DNA of 64,000 nucleotides from Euglena gracilis (taxonomy: Eukaryota). The stretch spans positions 12,084,716 to 12,148,715 of the forward strand of contig CP154954.1 of the NCBI GenBank assembly GCA_039621445.1. The letters are read 5' to 3'. Shown here piece after piece: positions 10,987 to 23,802 of this stretch. A program made the translations under genes and the position numbers. Position 1 is the first letter of the stretch. Every line of letters starts with the position of its first letter. The notes under the pieces were generated by a model, which saw only the letters and a list, made by a program, of their open reading frames with translations, was not told the origin of the DNA and did not search any database.

Positions 10987-13654
10987 GCCCGCCCCCAAAC
11001 CCCCTGCCTTTCGCCTCCCTGCACTTCACCGGTCCGTTGTTTGATGTGCAGCCCCCCCCCCCCGTTGTTCCGGGGCCCTTTCACAGGCAGTGCCGGAATC
11101 GGGGTCGTGTTCCGGCCCACCAAACCTCATCATGAGGCAGCTGGAAAGCCGCGTTCGACGCTGCTGTCCCCCTTCGGGGCCACCGTATGCTTCTGGGGAG
11201 TTCAAAGGTGAGCGTGTGGCCAGGACTATGCAGAAATCCCCGAAAATCTGTGGATGGTGGTTGGGGGGGGGGTCGACCAGGCCTTCCCGTACAGCCCTGC
11301 GCGTTGCCAGTGGGATCTTGTAATACCGTGTGTATCTTCACGATGTCTGTAGGCGAGCGGAGAAAAAAAGAGAGGTTTTTTTTGTGCCACGACAACTGCA
11401 AAAAAATGGAAACCAGCAACGCCGCGTTTTTGTGACACGTCCATGGAAGCAAAAGTTTTTCTTGTCCTGCGATCGCCGCGAATTTTTTATTTTATTTGTG
11501 CCCCGCGGCGCACTTAATGCAGTGCCATTGGTTTTTTTGGGGGGGTTTTCAGATAACCCTTACTTTGCCAATCCCCTGGGAGGTCAAAACCTATTTTTTC
11601 CAAACCCCAGTCATTCACCCCCCCCCCCAAACCAGCCACGTCCAAGACAATTACCCACCGTATCTTCCTCATTTCACCTCATCCCCCCACCATCGGAGGG
11701 CACCACTCCAACTTCAGTGCCAAACCCTTGGTTTTTCCCATGGAAGGTGCCCGCAGTGCGTCACCTGTGATTTTGTTGTTGCATGCCTCCGTCGCACCGT
11801 TCCTTCCCCCCTCTTGCCTGTAGTATGCTGTTTGGCCACCGGTGGTGCCTGGCTGGTTACTCTTGCAAATGCAGGTAGCATGATATATTGCATTGAGGAA
11901 TTGTCTCAAGGGTTGTGTGAGAAGCCCACAGCTGCACGCAATTTCCTTCCTGTGGAGGATCACACCGGCAGACCATTTATTGCTTTTAAAACAGTTCTTT
12001 CCCACCTGATGACTGCCAAGCAATGCAGTACAAAGCAATTCAATCCTTTTGCAGCTAGAGCTGCAAAAGGATTGGGGGGGGAAATAACTGCAAAGAACTT
12101 ATAACTTGTACTCTGTGCCCCATGGTGGGCACACAATGCTTCTCTTTGAGGGGGATGGCGCAAGATGTGGCATTGACTGGTCAGAGAGAGCGGCGTGAGT
12201 AAGAGCCAACGTGATTTTGGCAGGTTAAAAGGGCATGAGTGGTGACCATGCCATGCCGATGGTGCCACCAGCTAGTGAGAAGCAGAACCATACAAAGCAA
12301 TTCATTCGTCCGTCTCTCTTTTGTATTTGTCTTTTTTCTCTTGGTGTTGATAGTTGAAAACACAGAAGTGTTTTCCAGAACATGTTTCTTTTTTTTGCTC
12401 TCAATTCTTCAGGCTAAATGCATTGCGAGCTTGTTCTTTTCATCCTGTGCCATGTTTTGGTGAACTCCTTCACACGGATAGGCTGCGTTCGTTTGAAATA
12501 CAGGGGGGAAAACAGAAGCAGAAACAGCATTCTCCCAAGGGTTGGTGAAACAGTTTCTAACTAAAACTAAAATTTGGGTAAAGCAGGACAGACAGCACAT
12601 TCTATGTACCACATTGTTTGTTCATATGCTGAAATAAAAATGGGAAAAATATATTATAAAAAATTAAAAAAAAATGAATATAAAAAGGCCCAGAAAGGAC
12701 CGAAAATGCACAGATAATGTATTGATGAATCGGCTTCCCAGGCTTCGACATAAGGGCAGGTGGTTGGGTCGGACCAGGAGTCACCCCTGGTCCAGCAAGG
12801 GGGGGGACACCCTCTACCTAAACCCCGCACACCCCTATCCTTATATCAAACCCTGAATATGCCCTTGGCTGGAAAAAGCCTGCAACAGGCCCGGAACCAG
12901 GTGGGTGGTTACCAGTTTTCTTTTTTTGGGGGGATTTCAAATAATTTCAAATTACATTCATTTTTTTTCTGTGCAAAAACCTCATATACATCCTCCCCAG
13001 AGTGTAATTTCTATTTAAGTTGGAAGAAGTCCACCCGCAAAGGGAGGTGCATGATTTTGGGGCAGATTGTCGTTGGCCAATTGTGAGACCTGACATGTAT
13101 TTTGTTTGATTATTTCTTCTTCTTGAAATGCCTTATTATCTACTTGTCATAAGTTTCCAGAATAAAAATATGCCAATTTCAGCGAAGTATTTATGAATCC
13201 AGAAAACGTCTTTCGTGCTACAATTTCTTTTATCTGGAGGATTTTTTTTGTGCAGTATGTGCAAAAATAAAATGGGAAGATTATTTGGGCAACTGAACTC
13301 GGTCCTGGGGGGGGGGGGGCTGGGGAAGCAAAATGATCTCGGTGGGGATGAAAACCGCGGATTATCATGACCCGTTCCTGGAATGGGCCGTGATAGTCAG
13401 TTTTGTGATAGTTTTTTTTTTTTTAGTTGCGATCAACCGGATCCCGGCTTTCCAAATCACCTCCGGCTGACCCCCCCCCCCCCCCCCCCAACTCCCCGTC
13501 AGGCCCGAGGTGTTCAGCTGACAAGGAGTCCAAATTGGGTCGCACGAGTCAACCCCCTCCCCCCAATTTCGACTCTGCCATTGGGAGGGGGTTACCAGAG
13601 CCACAGAGTGCCCCCGTCCACCAACCCGTTCCCCGTGCAGGGCTGGGCCGCCGC

Positions 13655-16600
13655 ATGGGTCGGTTCATGACCCACCCCGCCCGGAACCTCTACATCCTGG
13701 CGACTGCCATCGCCGTCCTCGGCCTGGGCCTGGCAGGCGCCACGCTGGTGGCTAGGGCAGTACAGGAATCGGCCAAACAGCCAGGGTGGTGGTGGGGGAG
13801 GGGTCGACCACACGACCCCCCACCACCTCCTCCCGTATTTCCGGGAGCACCAATTTTCGACTCCAAAAATCTTTCCCAGTGCCTTCGGCGCCAGGTGGAT
13901 TTGTTTTAAAAAAAGTTACCTGTGCAAAGCCATTTAAGTGCCACTGAACACAAACATAGTGATTTTTTTCAAAAAAAATTCAGTTTGGCAATAAAAATCA
14001 AGATTTTTGTGAATCAACACCTGTCTACAACAATGCCACAATTCGCGATTCAAATGCAGTATTGCACACAACAATCTCAGTCGCGAATGTGGTGAAGAAT
14101 GCGTAAATTGCGTACGTCGCTGCAAAGGTTGTGACAAACATGATTCACGTTTTGTTTTTGTACAAAGGTTTTCAAATTTTCTAGAATGCTGTGCTGGGTG
14201 GGGGGGTCGACCCCCCCCACCAGGCCTTCCCATACTGTCCTGCTCGTGGTCCCCTGGTCGTGGAAGGACACCGCCGTCTTTGAGCGGACGTACGTGTACC
14301 TCTGCCCAGCGCTGCCCTCGGGGTTCAATGGGCCTCTCATGTGGACTCACATGGAGGCACCACCATTTGGGGGGGTGGGGCAATTGAGACTTTGCAAGGC
14401 ATTTGAGACTTTCAATTGAGCGGGGGGGGGTCGGACCACCCGTGCAAAAAACCAACGCTCACTCGACACCCTGGTCAGGAGCCCGAGCGGCGGTGCGTGC
14501 GGGAGAAGTGCATCGAGCACGCCAATGGGCCGACGTACTGCGAGTCCCATGACGTCGCGGCCAGGGCCCCACTTGCACACATTGACCGTTTGACACCGAC
14601 CGCTGTGCCAGAGGCACCTCGTCTCAGAATTGTGTTTGTAAGTCAAACAAAGCTGTAGAGTTGGTTTTCGTTGCGGGTTAGTTGTTTGTTTGATGGCTGA
14701 CAACGAACTCAAACTCTTTGAAATCGTCGGTCATGGGTCAGAATCCCCTGCTTTTATTTCCAGTGTAAGTTTCATTTACACTGTACTTAATTATTATTGT
14801 TTTTCTTTTCATTGTCATTGTCATTCCTTTTGCATCCAGAGATTCTTTTAAGGCTGGTCATCCAAGCGGGTGGGCAGATCCGCCCCCTCCACAGGGGTCA
14901 GGGGTCAGGCCAAGTGGTCTCCATTTGGCACGAAGCACCAAACAAATTTGGACCCCAAAACTGAGCTGCTAAGTTTAGCCCGCATTGTCTGCCTAAATTT
15001 TTTATTGTTTGTTTCCGTTTATGGGAACCCTTGAACTTTCGTCAGCTTTTTTTTTCGATTTTTTAGTTGTCTTGCGCAAACTCTGTTTCCCGGAGACTCG
15101 TTTCTTTGTTCTTTCCATCCATCCGTTTTTTATGGGTTTCGCTGTTTCTTCGACTCCGGCCGCCTCCACAAACACAGACAAAAAGGCCAGAGGCGGACAA
15201 CAGCGCCAGGCCAGAAGAAGGGATAAAAGGCACCGAAAAAACAGCCGTAGTGCACACAGGGGGTAGCGACTGACTTATTTTCTGGAAAAGCCGAGTGACT
15301 GGTTTTTGGAAGAGTGGAAGTGATGTCCAGAAGAATTGCCCGATCGCGACTCCCTCCCCCGGCGGGGCTGTGACAGGGGCGGCGGTCTCCGGCGGCAACC
15401 CGACGTGCCACGCGCTGTTCACCGCCAGCCGGGGGCTCGCTGTGGCGGGCTGCGTTTCGGGGCTGCCCTCCGTGGCACTGCTTCTGCTGGTGCTCTACCA
15501 GCTGTGGGCCCGGCCTGTCGTGCTGCCCGGGTACCGCCTGGCCCCCTGACGGTGTGGCGGAAGACACCGGTAATTTTAGGACGACTGCCAATGTGATTTT
15601 TTTTTGAAAATTTCGGAAGGTTTAGAATTTTGGAAAACTCGGAAGGTTCAAAAAGAGACCAGACCTGCATGCTGTACCTTTTCTTTGCTTCCTATTTTTG
15701 GAGGGCCTGCCTGAGTCCTCAACTTTGTCTTCGATTTGAATTCCTTTCTTACAACCAATACATAAATTTACAAAAAAAATTAATTGTTTGTTTGCTTTTT
15801 TAATATTTTTTCCCCTGTCCATTTTCCCCCCAGAAAAAAGCCCCCGGCTTGCTGTCGGGGCCATCGCAGACTTTCGACCCCCTCCCCCCATCACCCCCCT
15901 ATCAGTACCCGCCCCCGGCCTCCTGCGCCTCGGTGGCCACCTTTGCTTCGTTCGTCTGCCGGCTGGCGGCGCTGCTGGTGTGGGTGGGCTACGCGGAGGA
16001 GCCGTGCCAGCACGGCTCCACCCTCTTCCCCCTCGGCGGCTACACCTGGGGCTGGTTCTTCGAGGCCAGGCTCCCCTGCCTTTCCCACGCAGTGCCGTAC
16101 GAATGTTCATGCCTCCCCCCCAAAGGACCACAGCTGAGAAGTTGTCAGCGTTTCTTTTTAACTCGGAACACCCGCCCCCACCACGGGGGAGGGGTGGGGG
16201 AGGTCCGGCCCAGACCCCTGGGGGGGGGGGGGATCCCGGGCCAGAGGCCTGGGTATGGGTTTCGGCGAAAAGTGCGGAAAATTGTTGGGAAATGCCCCGA
16301 CATGGCCCGAATTGGGGGAATTGGCAGAGGGAGGTTCCCTGTTCCAGGTGGGGGAGGGGACCCTCCTCCCCCGGGGGTGTGGGTGTTGAAAATACCCTGC
16401 TTGGCAACATCGCGCTGTCGAGGTTGCTGGTACTGCCAAACCTGTCGTCATGGAAAGGTGTCACGGGCCTGGGGCTGGCGGACGTGTCAAGGTCAAAGGT
16501 CATTCGTTTTCCCTGCAATGGCCTCTCTGGGGGTTTGTCAGGGTCTCTGGCACTGGCCCCTCAGTCACAACAGGAAGTTGCCACGGTCCCCATTGCTGGC

Positions 16601-17750
16601 CGATCAGTCAAGTGACAGTTCCGGGATGGGAGCACAACATGCTAACTTTTTTTGAAGGCCGGGAATGGGCCAGAAACTCGCCTCACCCGGTGGCACCAAC
16701 AAGTGGGGCCACCATTTCCGGTCAGTCTTTCTGGAGTTGTGATGGGGCTTTTTTGGCACGGCACACGCGGATTTGTTGTGTTTGACACCGCCGGAGCCTG
16801 CGTGTTGACCTTTTCCGTCTGGTACGCTTTACTCAGCACGGTGCTGACCTGCCCCAGGCACTGCCACCCCCCCCCCCCAATCTTCCCCCTTGCCTGTTTT
16901 TTTTATTTGTTCATGGAAAGTGTACATAAAGAATTACCTGGGATATGGCCCAGAGATGTCTGAGCGAGTTCGACCCCCCACCGCGCCTTTTCATTTTCCC
17001 TGCGCTGTAGTTTCCCAGTTTTATTTGTGCTCTTTCTTTTCTTAAATTCCCGCCTCCCCCCCGAGTCCCAGGGTTTGATGCAAGCAGGGTTCACAGCCAG
17101 GTGACAGTTTTGCAGCAGGATTGCATGGCAAATTGGCGGGAAAAGCCATTGAACTATGGGACGGGTGGGGATGAGAAGTGATCTGGACATGGGGCGGACA
17201 TCTCCCACCTGAACCCCAGGCGTGTGATTGGCAGCCGCACGCGGGTTGGATGCAGACAATTGCTTAAGCACTGGCTGACCCCCCCCCCCCCCGGGGGTGG
17301 GCGACTGTTTTTTTCGGGGTGACTGACTGGTTTTTGGCCCGGACCCCCTCCCCCCAGGGGGAGGGGGGCGACAACAAACCACTAAAGTGACCCGACACCG
17401 AAGGCGCCGGAAAATTTTTTTGGCCTTTCGTGTTTCTGGTCAAATTTCCTATTCCAGAGTGACCGACCCCCCCCCCCCCGGGAGGGGTGGCGACTGACTG
17501 GTTTCCCCAAAAAAATTGACTGACTGGTTTTTCGAAAAGTTGAGTGACCCCCCCCGGGGTCGGTAAAAGATTGTATGGTTGGATGTGCCCCTGCTTTTGA
17601 TCTCCGTTGTTGTGACCAACCACTCTGTTTGTCCAAATACGAAATACAGTGTTGAGGCAGTGGCTTGGCTGGCGCATCGCGCTTCATCGGGTGGTGCGCA
17701 AGTCTTCCTGCCCTGTGCTGGCGGGAAGAAAGCACAAATGAGAGCATTTA
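13655..17750 (+). CDS. Four-transmembrane claudin/amastin-like membrane protein; exons 13655-13749, 14248-14303, 14501-14558, 15378-15542, 15911-16063, ~16807-16851, ~17672-17750
   Basis: Spliced reading: MGRFMTHPARNLYILATAIAVLGLGLAGATLVVPWSWKDTAVFERTYVYLWEKCIEHANGPTYCESHDVAAAVSGGNPTCHALFTASRGLAVAGCVSGLPSVALLLLVLYQLW...ASVATFASFVCRLAALLVWVGY...GYTWGWFFETFSVWYALLSTVL. It has four hydrophobic segments and a W...LW..C...C first-loop pattern. A candidate trans-splice acceptor CAG lies at 13638-13640. The frame of the last exon is uncertain. Confidence 0.7.
13753..14242. mobile_element. hAT-like MITE forming non-conventional intron 13750-14247
   Basis: TIR TAGGGCAGTA/TACTGTCCTG; flanks CTGGTGGC and CTCGTGGT match at 6/8. 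Same family as 37428-38004 and the end at 38826. Confidence 0.85.
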
Positions 17751-20700
17751 AAAAAAGCAGCGGATAAATGTTGTTTATTCCACAAGCTGAGGTGGGCACT
17801 TTGGCCGAGCCCAGGAATGTTCCCTTCCTTCTAAGGGTATTTTGAGGTGCTTTTCAGCCACGTCGTGCGATAAACGTGGAACTTGCGTTCACTCGGAATC
17901 GTTTCTGTCGCAATATTTTTTTTCGCTTTTCCATCGGAATTTTGAACCCTCAAACACTCCGTGTTTGTTCATTTGCAATAAGCCCTTAGCATATGGTGGT
18001 AACATAGTGTGACAAAAAACGTTCTGGCAGTGTCGGGACAGATGTATTTTGGAAGCAGTGCAGCCTGTCCCACCAAATTAGTCCATAAATCAAACTGTTG
18101 CAATGCATTTGCGTTTGCAGGTGCGTTTTTTTCTCCTGCCAGTTGAGTCTGTTTATTGCAATGGCTCACTGCTGGCCAGGAGGGGGAATATGCTTCGCCT
18201 TTTTGCGCATCTTCCCCCCCAAATGCGCATTTTGCGCATTTTTCGCTTTTTGCGCATTTTTTGATTTTTTTTAGCACATTTATTTTTTGCTCTTTGCAGA
18301 TTTTTTGTGATTTACCCAATGTTTCGCATTTTCGACCATTTTTGCAGTTCTTTTTTGCACTTTGAAAAATTTCATTTTTCTTGAAGCTGACATATTCCCT
18401 CATATTTCCATCGAAATCTTGCAAATTTGGTGCCGTTTCTGCACTTTCGTGGTTTTGATGATTTTTTCTCTCAAACTTTGAACATTTTTTTGTAGTTTTT
18501 TTGTGCAATTTTTTTGGGGGGTGCTGGCGCATTTCCTGGCTTTCCTCACTGCTGGAGACCCGCTGGTAGCAGAGGTTTGTCCGAGAACAGGTCAGGACTG
18601 GCGGCAGAGGGGCTTGGTTCCGTCGTTCAAGCCAGGCTTCTCCGACGAGGACGACCCCGAGGGCCTGAAGGTCCTCCCCTGACCCCCCTCATCCCAGCCA
18701 CAGAGGCGCTCGATGCAGGAGGCCGGGTCATCCCATTGCTTACTGACCGACCCACGATTGGACTGAAAAAAAGAGTCTCATCACAATGCACTGGCAGTTT
18801 TCTAAAAATTTTGGACCAAGTGGCCAGAGTTGCCGACAGCTGCGAGGACCCTTCCTTCGGAGAGGGGGGTCCAGCCAGCCACTGTTTCAGCCAGCCCAGC
18901 TTCCCCCCCCCCCCGGCCCTGCTGAAATGAAGTTGGGCAAAGAGAGGTTGGACCAAAACCATTTCCGGCGCAAAGCGCCGAAAAATTGTTGAAAAGGGTC
19001 AAGAATGCCGCCCAAAATGGCACTTTTTGAGTTTTGGGGGGCTTCACCTTAAAATTTTGGCTAAAAAATCCACCCCAGGTGAATTTGGTTTGGATTTGGA
19101 TTTTTTTGTGTGCCATTTTTCAGGCACCTGCTGGGTCCTGCTGCCGGCGGATCGGAACCCCACCCCTGCGGGGGGGGCAGGCAGCATTTTTCCCGACAGC
19201 AACTTTTTTCCCAGCCGACCCACAGGACCCCACCGGGGGCCCTTAAGAAACCCATGGTCTGGATCATAGATTCAAATAACACCCGTGCGACCCCTCCGCC
19301 TGGAGGGTGGGTGGGTTTCGAGAGTAGGTGGGTGTGTTGGGGCCGCCCCCCCCCCCTGGGGGGGTCCGGTGCGCCATGGGTCAGGTTTTTGTCCGGCCGA
19401 AGGCTGGGCTGGAAAATATTTTTCAGTGTTTTTGGCCGATTTTGGCTGGGTTTTGGGTGGGTGGGTGGGTGGGTGGGTGGGTTTCAGAACGTCACTGCAT
19501 TCGGATCAGTGCAGACTAAATGTGGTGTTATCTACAGACCCCCCCCCCCAAATCGGACCGTCTAAGACCATCTCTCCAAAGAATTTTGGGCGATTCGCGC
19601 CGATATCCAACCCCCTGGAGGGGGGGTCCGGCCCAGAATCACCAACCCCCCCCCCCGTCCGAAAAAAATGGGTGGGTGGGTTTGGGCCTGGGAAAAGGTG
19701 CCCCCCCCCCTAAGTGTTCTGGGTGACTGGTTTTCAAAAAGTTGAAAGACTGGTTATCCATCCTCTTCTGGGGTTGGTGAGCAATGATGTGGGACCGACC
19801 TCGTGCGGCCGCCTGGGGACCTCACCCTGTGTGCTTGTGCTTTGTGACCCCCCCCCCTCGTTGCAGTGGCTCGCAACAATAAGTCAATGGAGGGTGTCAA
19901 GACCGATGGCAATACCATTTCTGAATGCGGCTGACCCGCGGAGAGCAGTAATAATCTGGAGTGCACAGAACTTTATGCACGTGGGGTTCAAATTGAGCAG
20001 TTTTTCATTTTCCTGGCAAAGGGGTGGACCTGTTATCTTATTTCCTGAACACCACCTGGCGCTTGGCAGTTGCCACTCAGGAAATATATATATTTCTTAT
20101 TTCCTGGGGGGTCATCCTGGGGTGATTTGTAACACGGCGTCATGTTTCGGAGGCCAAAAAACACCAAATCTTGTCTTTTTGGCCCTTGAAAATGAAAATT
20201 CACATACCAAAGACTGGGATGTAACCAGCAGTTCAAAAACCTGGACCCAGATGCCGAGAAATAAAATTTTGAAAATGCGCGCAATTGTGCACAGGAGCAC
20301 GAAAAAGCTCAAGTGCGAGACCGGCAGCCGAAGCAGTCTTTGAAATACCAACTGTGGCCCGGGGGGATAATGGGAACGACAGTGAATTGAGGTCCGTGAT
20401 GCCCCCCCCCCCTCTTTGACCACTGACCACTCCAATACCCTGGTTGGGTTGTTGCAGGTAACGGGGTGCAGGGTGACCGAATTTTTTATGCATACAGGGG
20501 ATTTGTACCTGTTCATGCAACCCCTGGTCGGGGGTTGCAGGTCAGGAGGTGCGAATGACCCCCCTCCCTGGATGGGGTTGTTGGAACCTGGCGGTGGGTG
20601 GGGGGGGGCTAGACTGCTTTTTGAAGCCCTGCAACAGCCCTGGGAAGGTTTTTGACGTTAGTCACAGAAGGAATAGATTTTGCAACACAACAAAATATAA

Positions 20701-21103
20701 GTTGAAGCAGACTGTGAGGGAACTCTGCAAATTGTGGTGATGTTGGGGATGAAGAGTACAGGAGGACCCGCCTGTGGAGTTGAGTTCTGTGGCAAGTTGG
20801 CCACATCAACGTTATGTACCCCCCCCCCCGCCCCACAGCTCGCCCCCCCCCCCTCCGGCTGTTGGGCCCAACATGCCCCCCCCTCCAAAGTTGGCCCCCG
20901 GCCCGTTGAGGCCAACATGGACCAGGTTTTGAATAGTGCTGAGCTCTTACTATGCGCGCAAACGCGCATTTTTGATGCCCTATGTGAACTGGTTTTTTTG
21001 GCTCCGAAAGGCCAAAAAACATGGTTTTGGGCAGAAAATTTTTTCCGTTTTTTTCCTGACTTTTTTTGACCTGAAAATGACCCAAATTGCATTGGTTCAG
21101 GTC

Positions 21104-21491
21104 TAGGGTTTGATATAAGGAGGGCGTACATGGTTTAGGTGGGGGGGTGTCCCCCACCCCCCCCCCCTCCTCCTGGCCCGCGGGGGGGGGGGGCGGGCAC
21201 CCCCCCCCTTGCAGGGGGGGTCCAGACCGACCCTGGGGGGGTACCCGGGACCCCCCCAAAAAGGGTCAATTTTTCCTCCGGCGCTTTGCGCCGAAATTTC
21301 TTTGCATTTTTTGCAATTTTTTTGCCCAAAAAGTGCCCAAAATGGCACTTTTGGTCGTTTTGGGGGTCAAAAATTTTCGGTCACCCTGACCGCGCCACTG
21401 TTTAGGTGGGGGGGGGTGTCCCCCCCCCCTCCTGGCCCGCAGGGGGGGGGGGTCCGGACCACCCCCCTACCTGTCCTTATATCAAACCCTG
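21104..21491. mobile_element. hAT-like MITE nested in a larger repeat
   Basis: TIR TAGGGTTTGATATAAGG/CCTTATATCAAACCCTG; TSD TTCAGGTC/TTCAGGTT. Confidence 0.88.
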
Positions 21492-21834
21492 TTCAGGTTC
21501 CAAAACGGGGGGGGGTCGAAAAACGGTCGCTTTCGGCTCGAAAACACTTTTTTCGGGTCCGGGAGGCCCAAAAACATGGTTTTGGGCAATTTTTTTTTGA
21601 TTTTTTTCTCGACGTTTTTGCCCGAAAACCGCTAAGTCAGAAGTCTGAACCAATGGAAAAAGTGCACTCTGGCCAGGCGGGGAGTTGCGAGTTGCGGGGA
21701 ATCAAAATACGGTAGATGGGGCCTTCCAAGGAATTTAAATTAGGTCTGTGGACATTTCTTTTGATTTTGCTTCATTTTGGATATCTTTTAAAAATATTGA
21801 ATTTTTCGACTTTTTCAGAATAAGCGCACCCCCT

Positions 21835-22023
21835 ATCATGACGTCAGTCACAGGTCATGATGGCCATCAGGGGTCATCACGCCCATCATGGGTCATGATG
21901 CGCATCAAGGGTCATGATGGCCATGATGGGTCATGATGGCCATCATGGGTCGCGATGGCCATCATGGGTCACGATGGCCATCATGGGTCATGATGGCCAT
22001 CATGGGTCATGATGGCCATCATC
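21835..22023. repeat. 19-bp minisatellite GGGTCATGATGGCCATCAT
   Basis: About 9-10 tandem units, each containing the palindrome ATGATGGCCATCAT. Confidence 0.9.
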
Positions 22024-23802
22024 GGCTCGAAAACACTTTTTCCGGGTCCAGGAGGCCAAACAGCATGGTTTTGGGCAATTTTTTCTCGATTTTTTTCGAC
22101 TTTTTTGGTCGAAAACGGCCAAATGGCTAAGTCCACCAGTGGAAAAAGTGTACGAAATGGCCAAAATCAGCCGAAAAACGGCCGTATCTCGGGCTACGCG
22201 AACAGTTGCGGGGAAATCAAAATACCGGTAGATGGAGTGTTCCAAGGGCTTCAAATTAGGTCTCCGGACATTTCCTTGATTTTGCTTCATTTTTGAGAAA
22301 TTTTGATATTTTAAAATATTGATTTTTTGGCCGAATTTTGGCCGAAAACGGCTCAGTCGGACAGTGGGAAAAGTGTACAAAATGGCCCCGTTGGCCGAAA
22401 ACGGGCATATCTCGGGCTGGGCGGGGAGTTGCAGGGAAATCAAAATACCAGTAGATGGGGCGTTCCAAGGGCTTCAAATTAGGTCTCCGGACATTTCCTT
22501 TGATTTTGCTTTATTTTGGAGATATTTTGAAAATTGATTTTTTTTGGCCAAAATGGCAGAGCCCAAAGGGGGGGGGGGTTAAAAAGGGTGGCGGGCCGAT
22601 CCTACCCAGCTTAGACCCCTTCGCGCGTGAATAACTCGGGCCTGGCGGGGAGTTGGGGGTCAAACCCAGGTGATTTGGAAACTAGAAATCCAGTCGCTTG
22701 CGACTGAAAATTTTTTTTAGGGAACGGGGCCGGGATCATGGTGATAATCCGCCGGTTCCCGAGGTGGCCCCGAGGGGGGGGGGAGGGGGGGTGGGGTTGC
22801 GCTTTTATTTGGACCCTGCGCTTGTAGCGGCCCCGTGCTTCTATAAGGGGGGGGTTATGTGAACCATTCAAATGAATCTTTTGCGACATTGATCCAAAAG
22901 CGATTTTGAATTAATTTTTAAATTTTGAAGCCTGAAACAGTGTGTATTTCTGAGGGAAGAGTAGAGTGGTAGCACAGCGTCCACAAAGTCGAGTTGTGTC
23001 CACGGTATATTTTAATTGGTCAAGGAAGGTATGGCAAACGACCAGGGTTCAAGGTCATTTTTCCCCTCCTTTTTTCACCTCAAGGATTAGGCCTTGAGTT
23101 GCCAGTTCAGGGGTGAAAGAAATTGGTTTTTCACGGGCTCAACGGCAGGTGCAAATTCGGTGAGGAGGGTGCTTTTGTCACATTTCATTTCACAGAATTT
23201 AACACATTGAATTATTTGCATAAGTGCGGCAAATCCACCACCTGAATCAAACGTTTTCACATCATTCCTGTGCGCATTTGTGCAGACAATTGCATTAACA
23301 TACCATTTGAGCAAGTGCGCAGGCAGACCATTTGCACATTTGCACGAATGCTTTGTTTGTGAAAGTGGGCACAAACACCCAAATGCGCCCAGGAGCCAAA
23401 GATTTTTTGATGCAGTTAAAGTGTATGGCATCGTGTTTGGTTCGTTGTCATTTGCCTGAAATCGTTCCCGCACCATCCCACCCACCTGGGGGGTGGGATG
23501 AGTTTTGCCTGACCAAAGGCCAAACTCTTGAAAAAATTTCAAGGGTTTTTGGCTGGTTTTTGGGTTGGTGAGTAGGTCGACTCTGGGGGGGGGGTTGTGC
23601 GAGAAAACGTCCATAGCACTTTTTTTTTTACAGGAGGGGACTCGTGCCTTCTTGCGCACCCTTCTGCCCACCCCCATTGGTATCGATTATTGTGCTCTCA
23701 ATTGCAGTGTTTTCTTTCTGGTATCGCTCGGTTTGACTTCCCTAGAGGGCACCGAATGCTACCCAGCAACGATTCAGCATTCCCACGGTCATTTGTAAAA
23801 GA

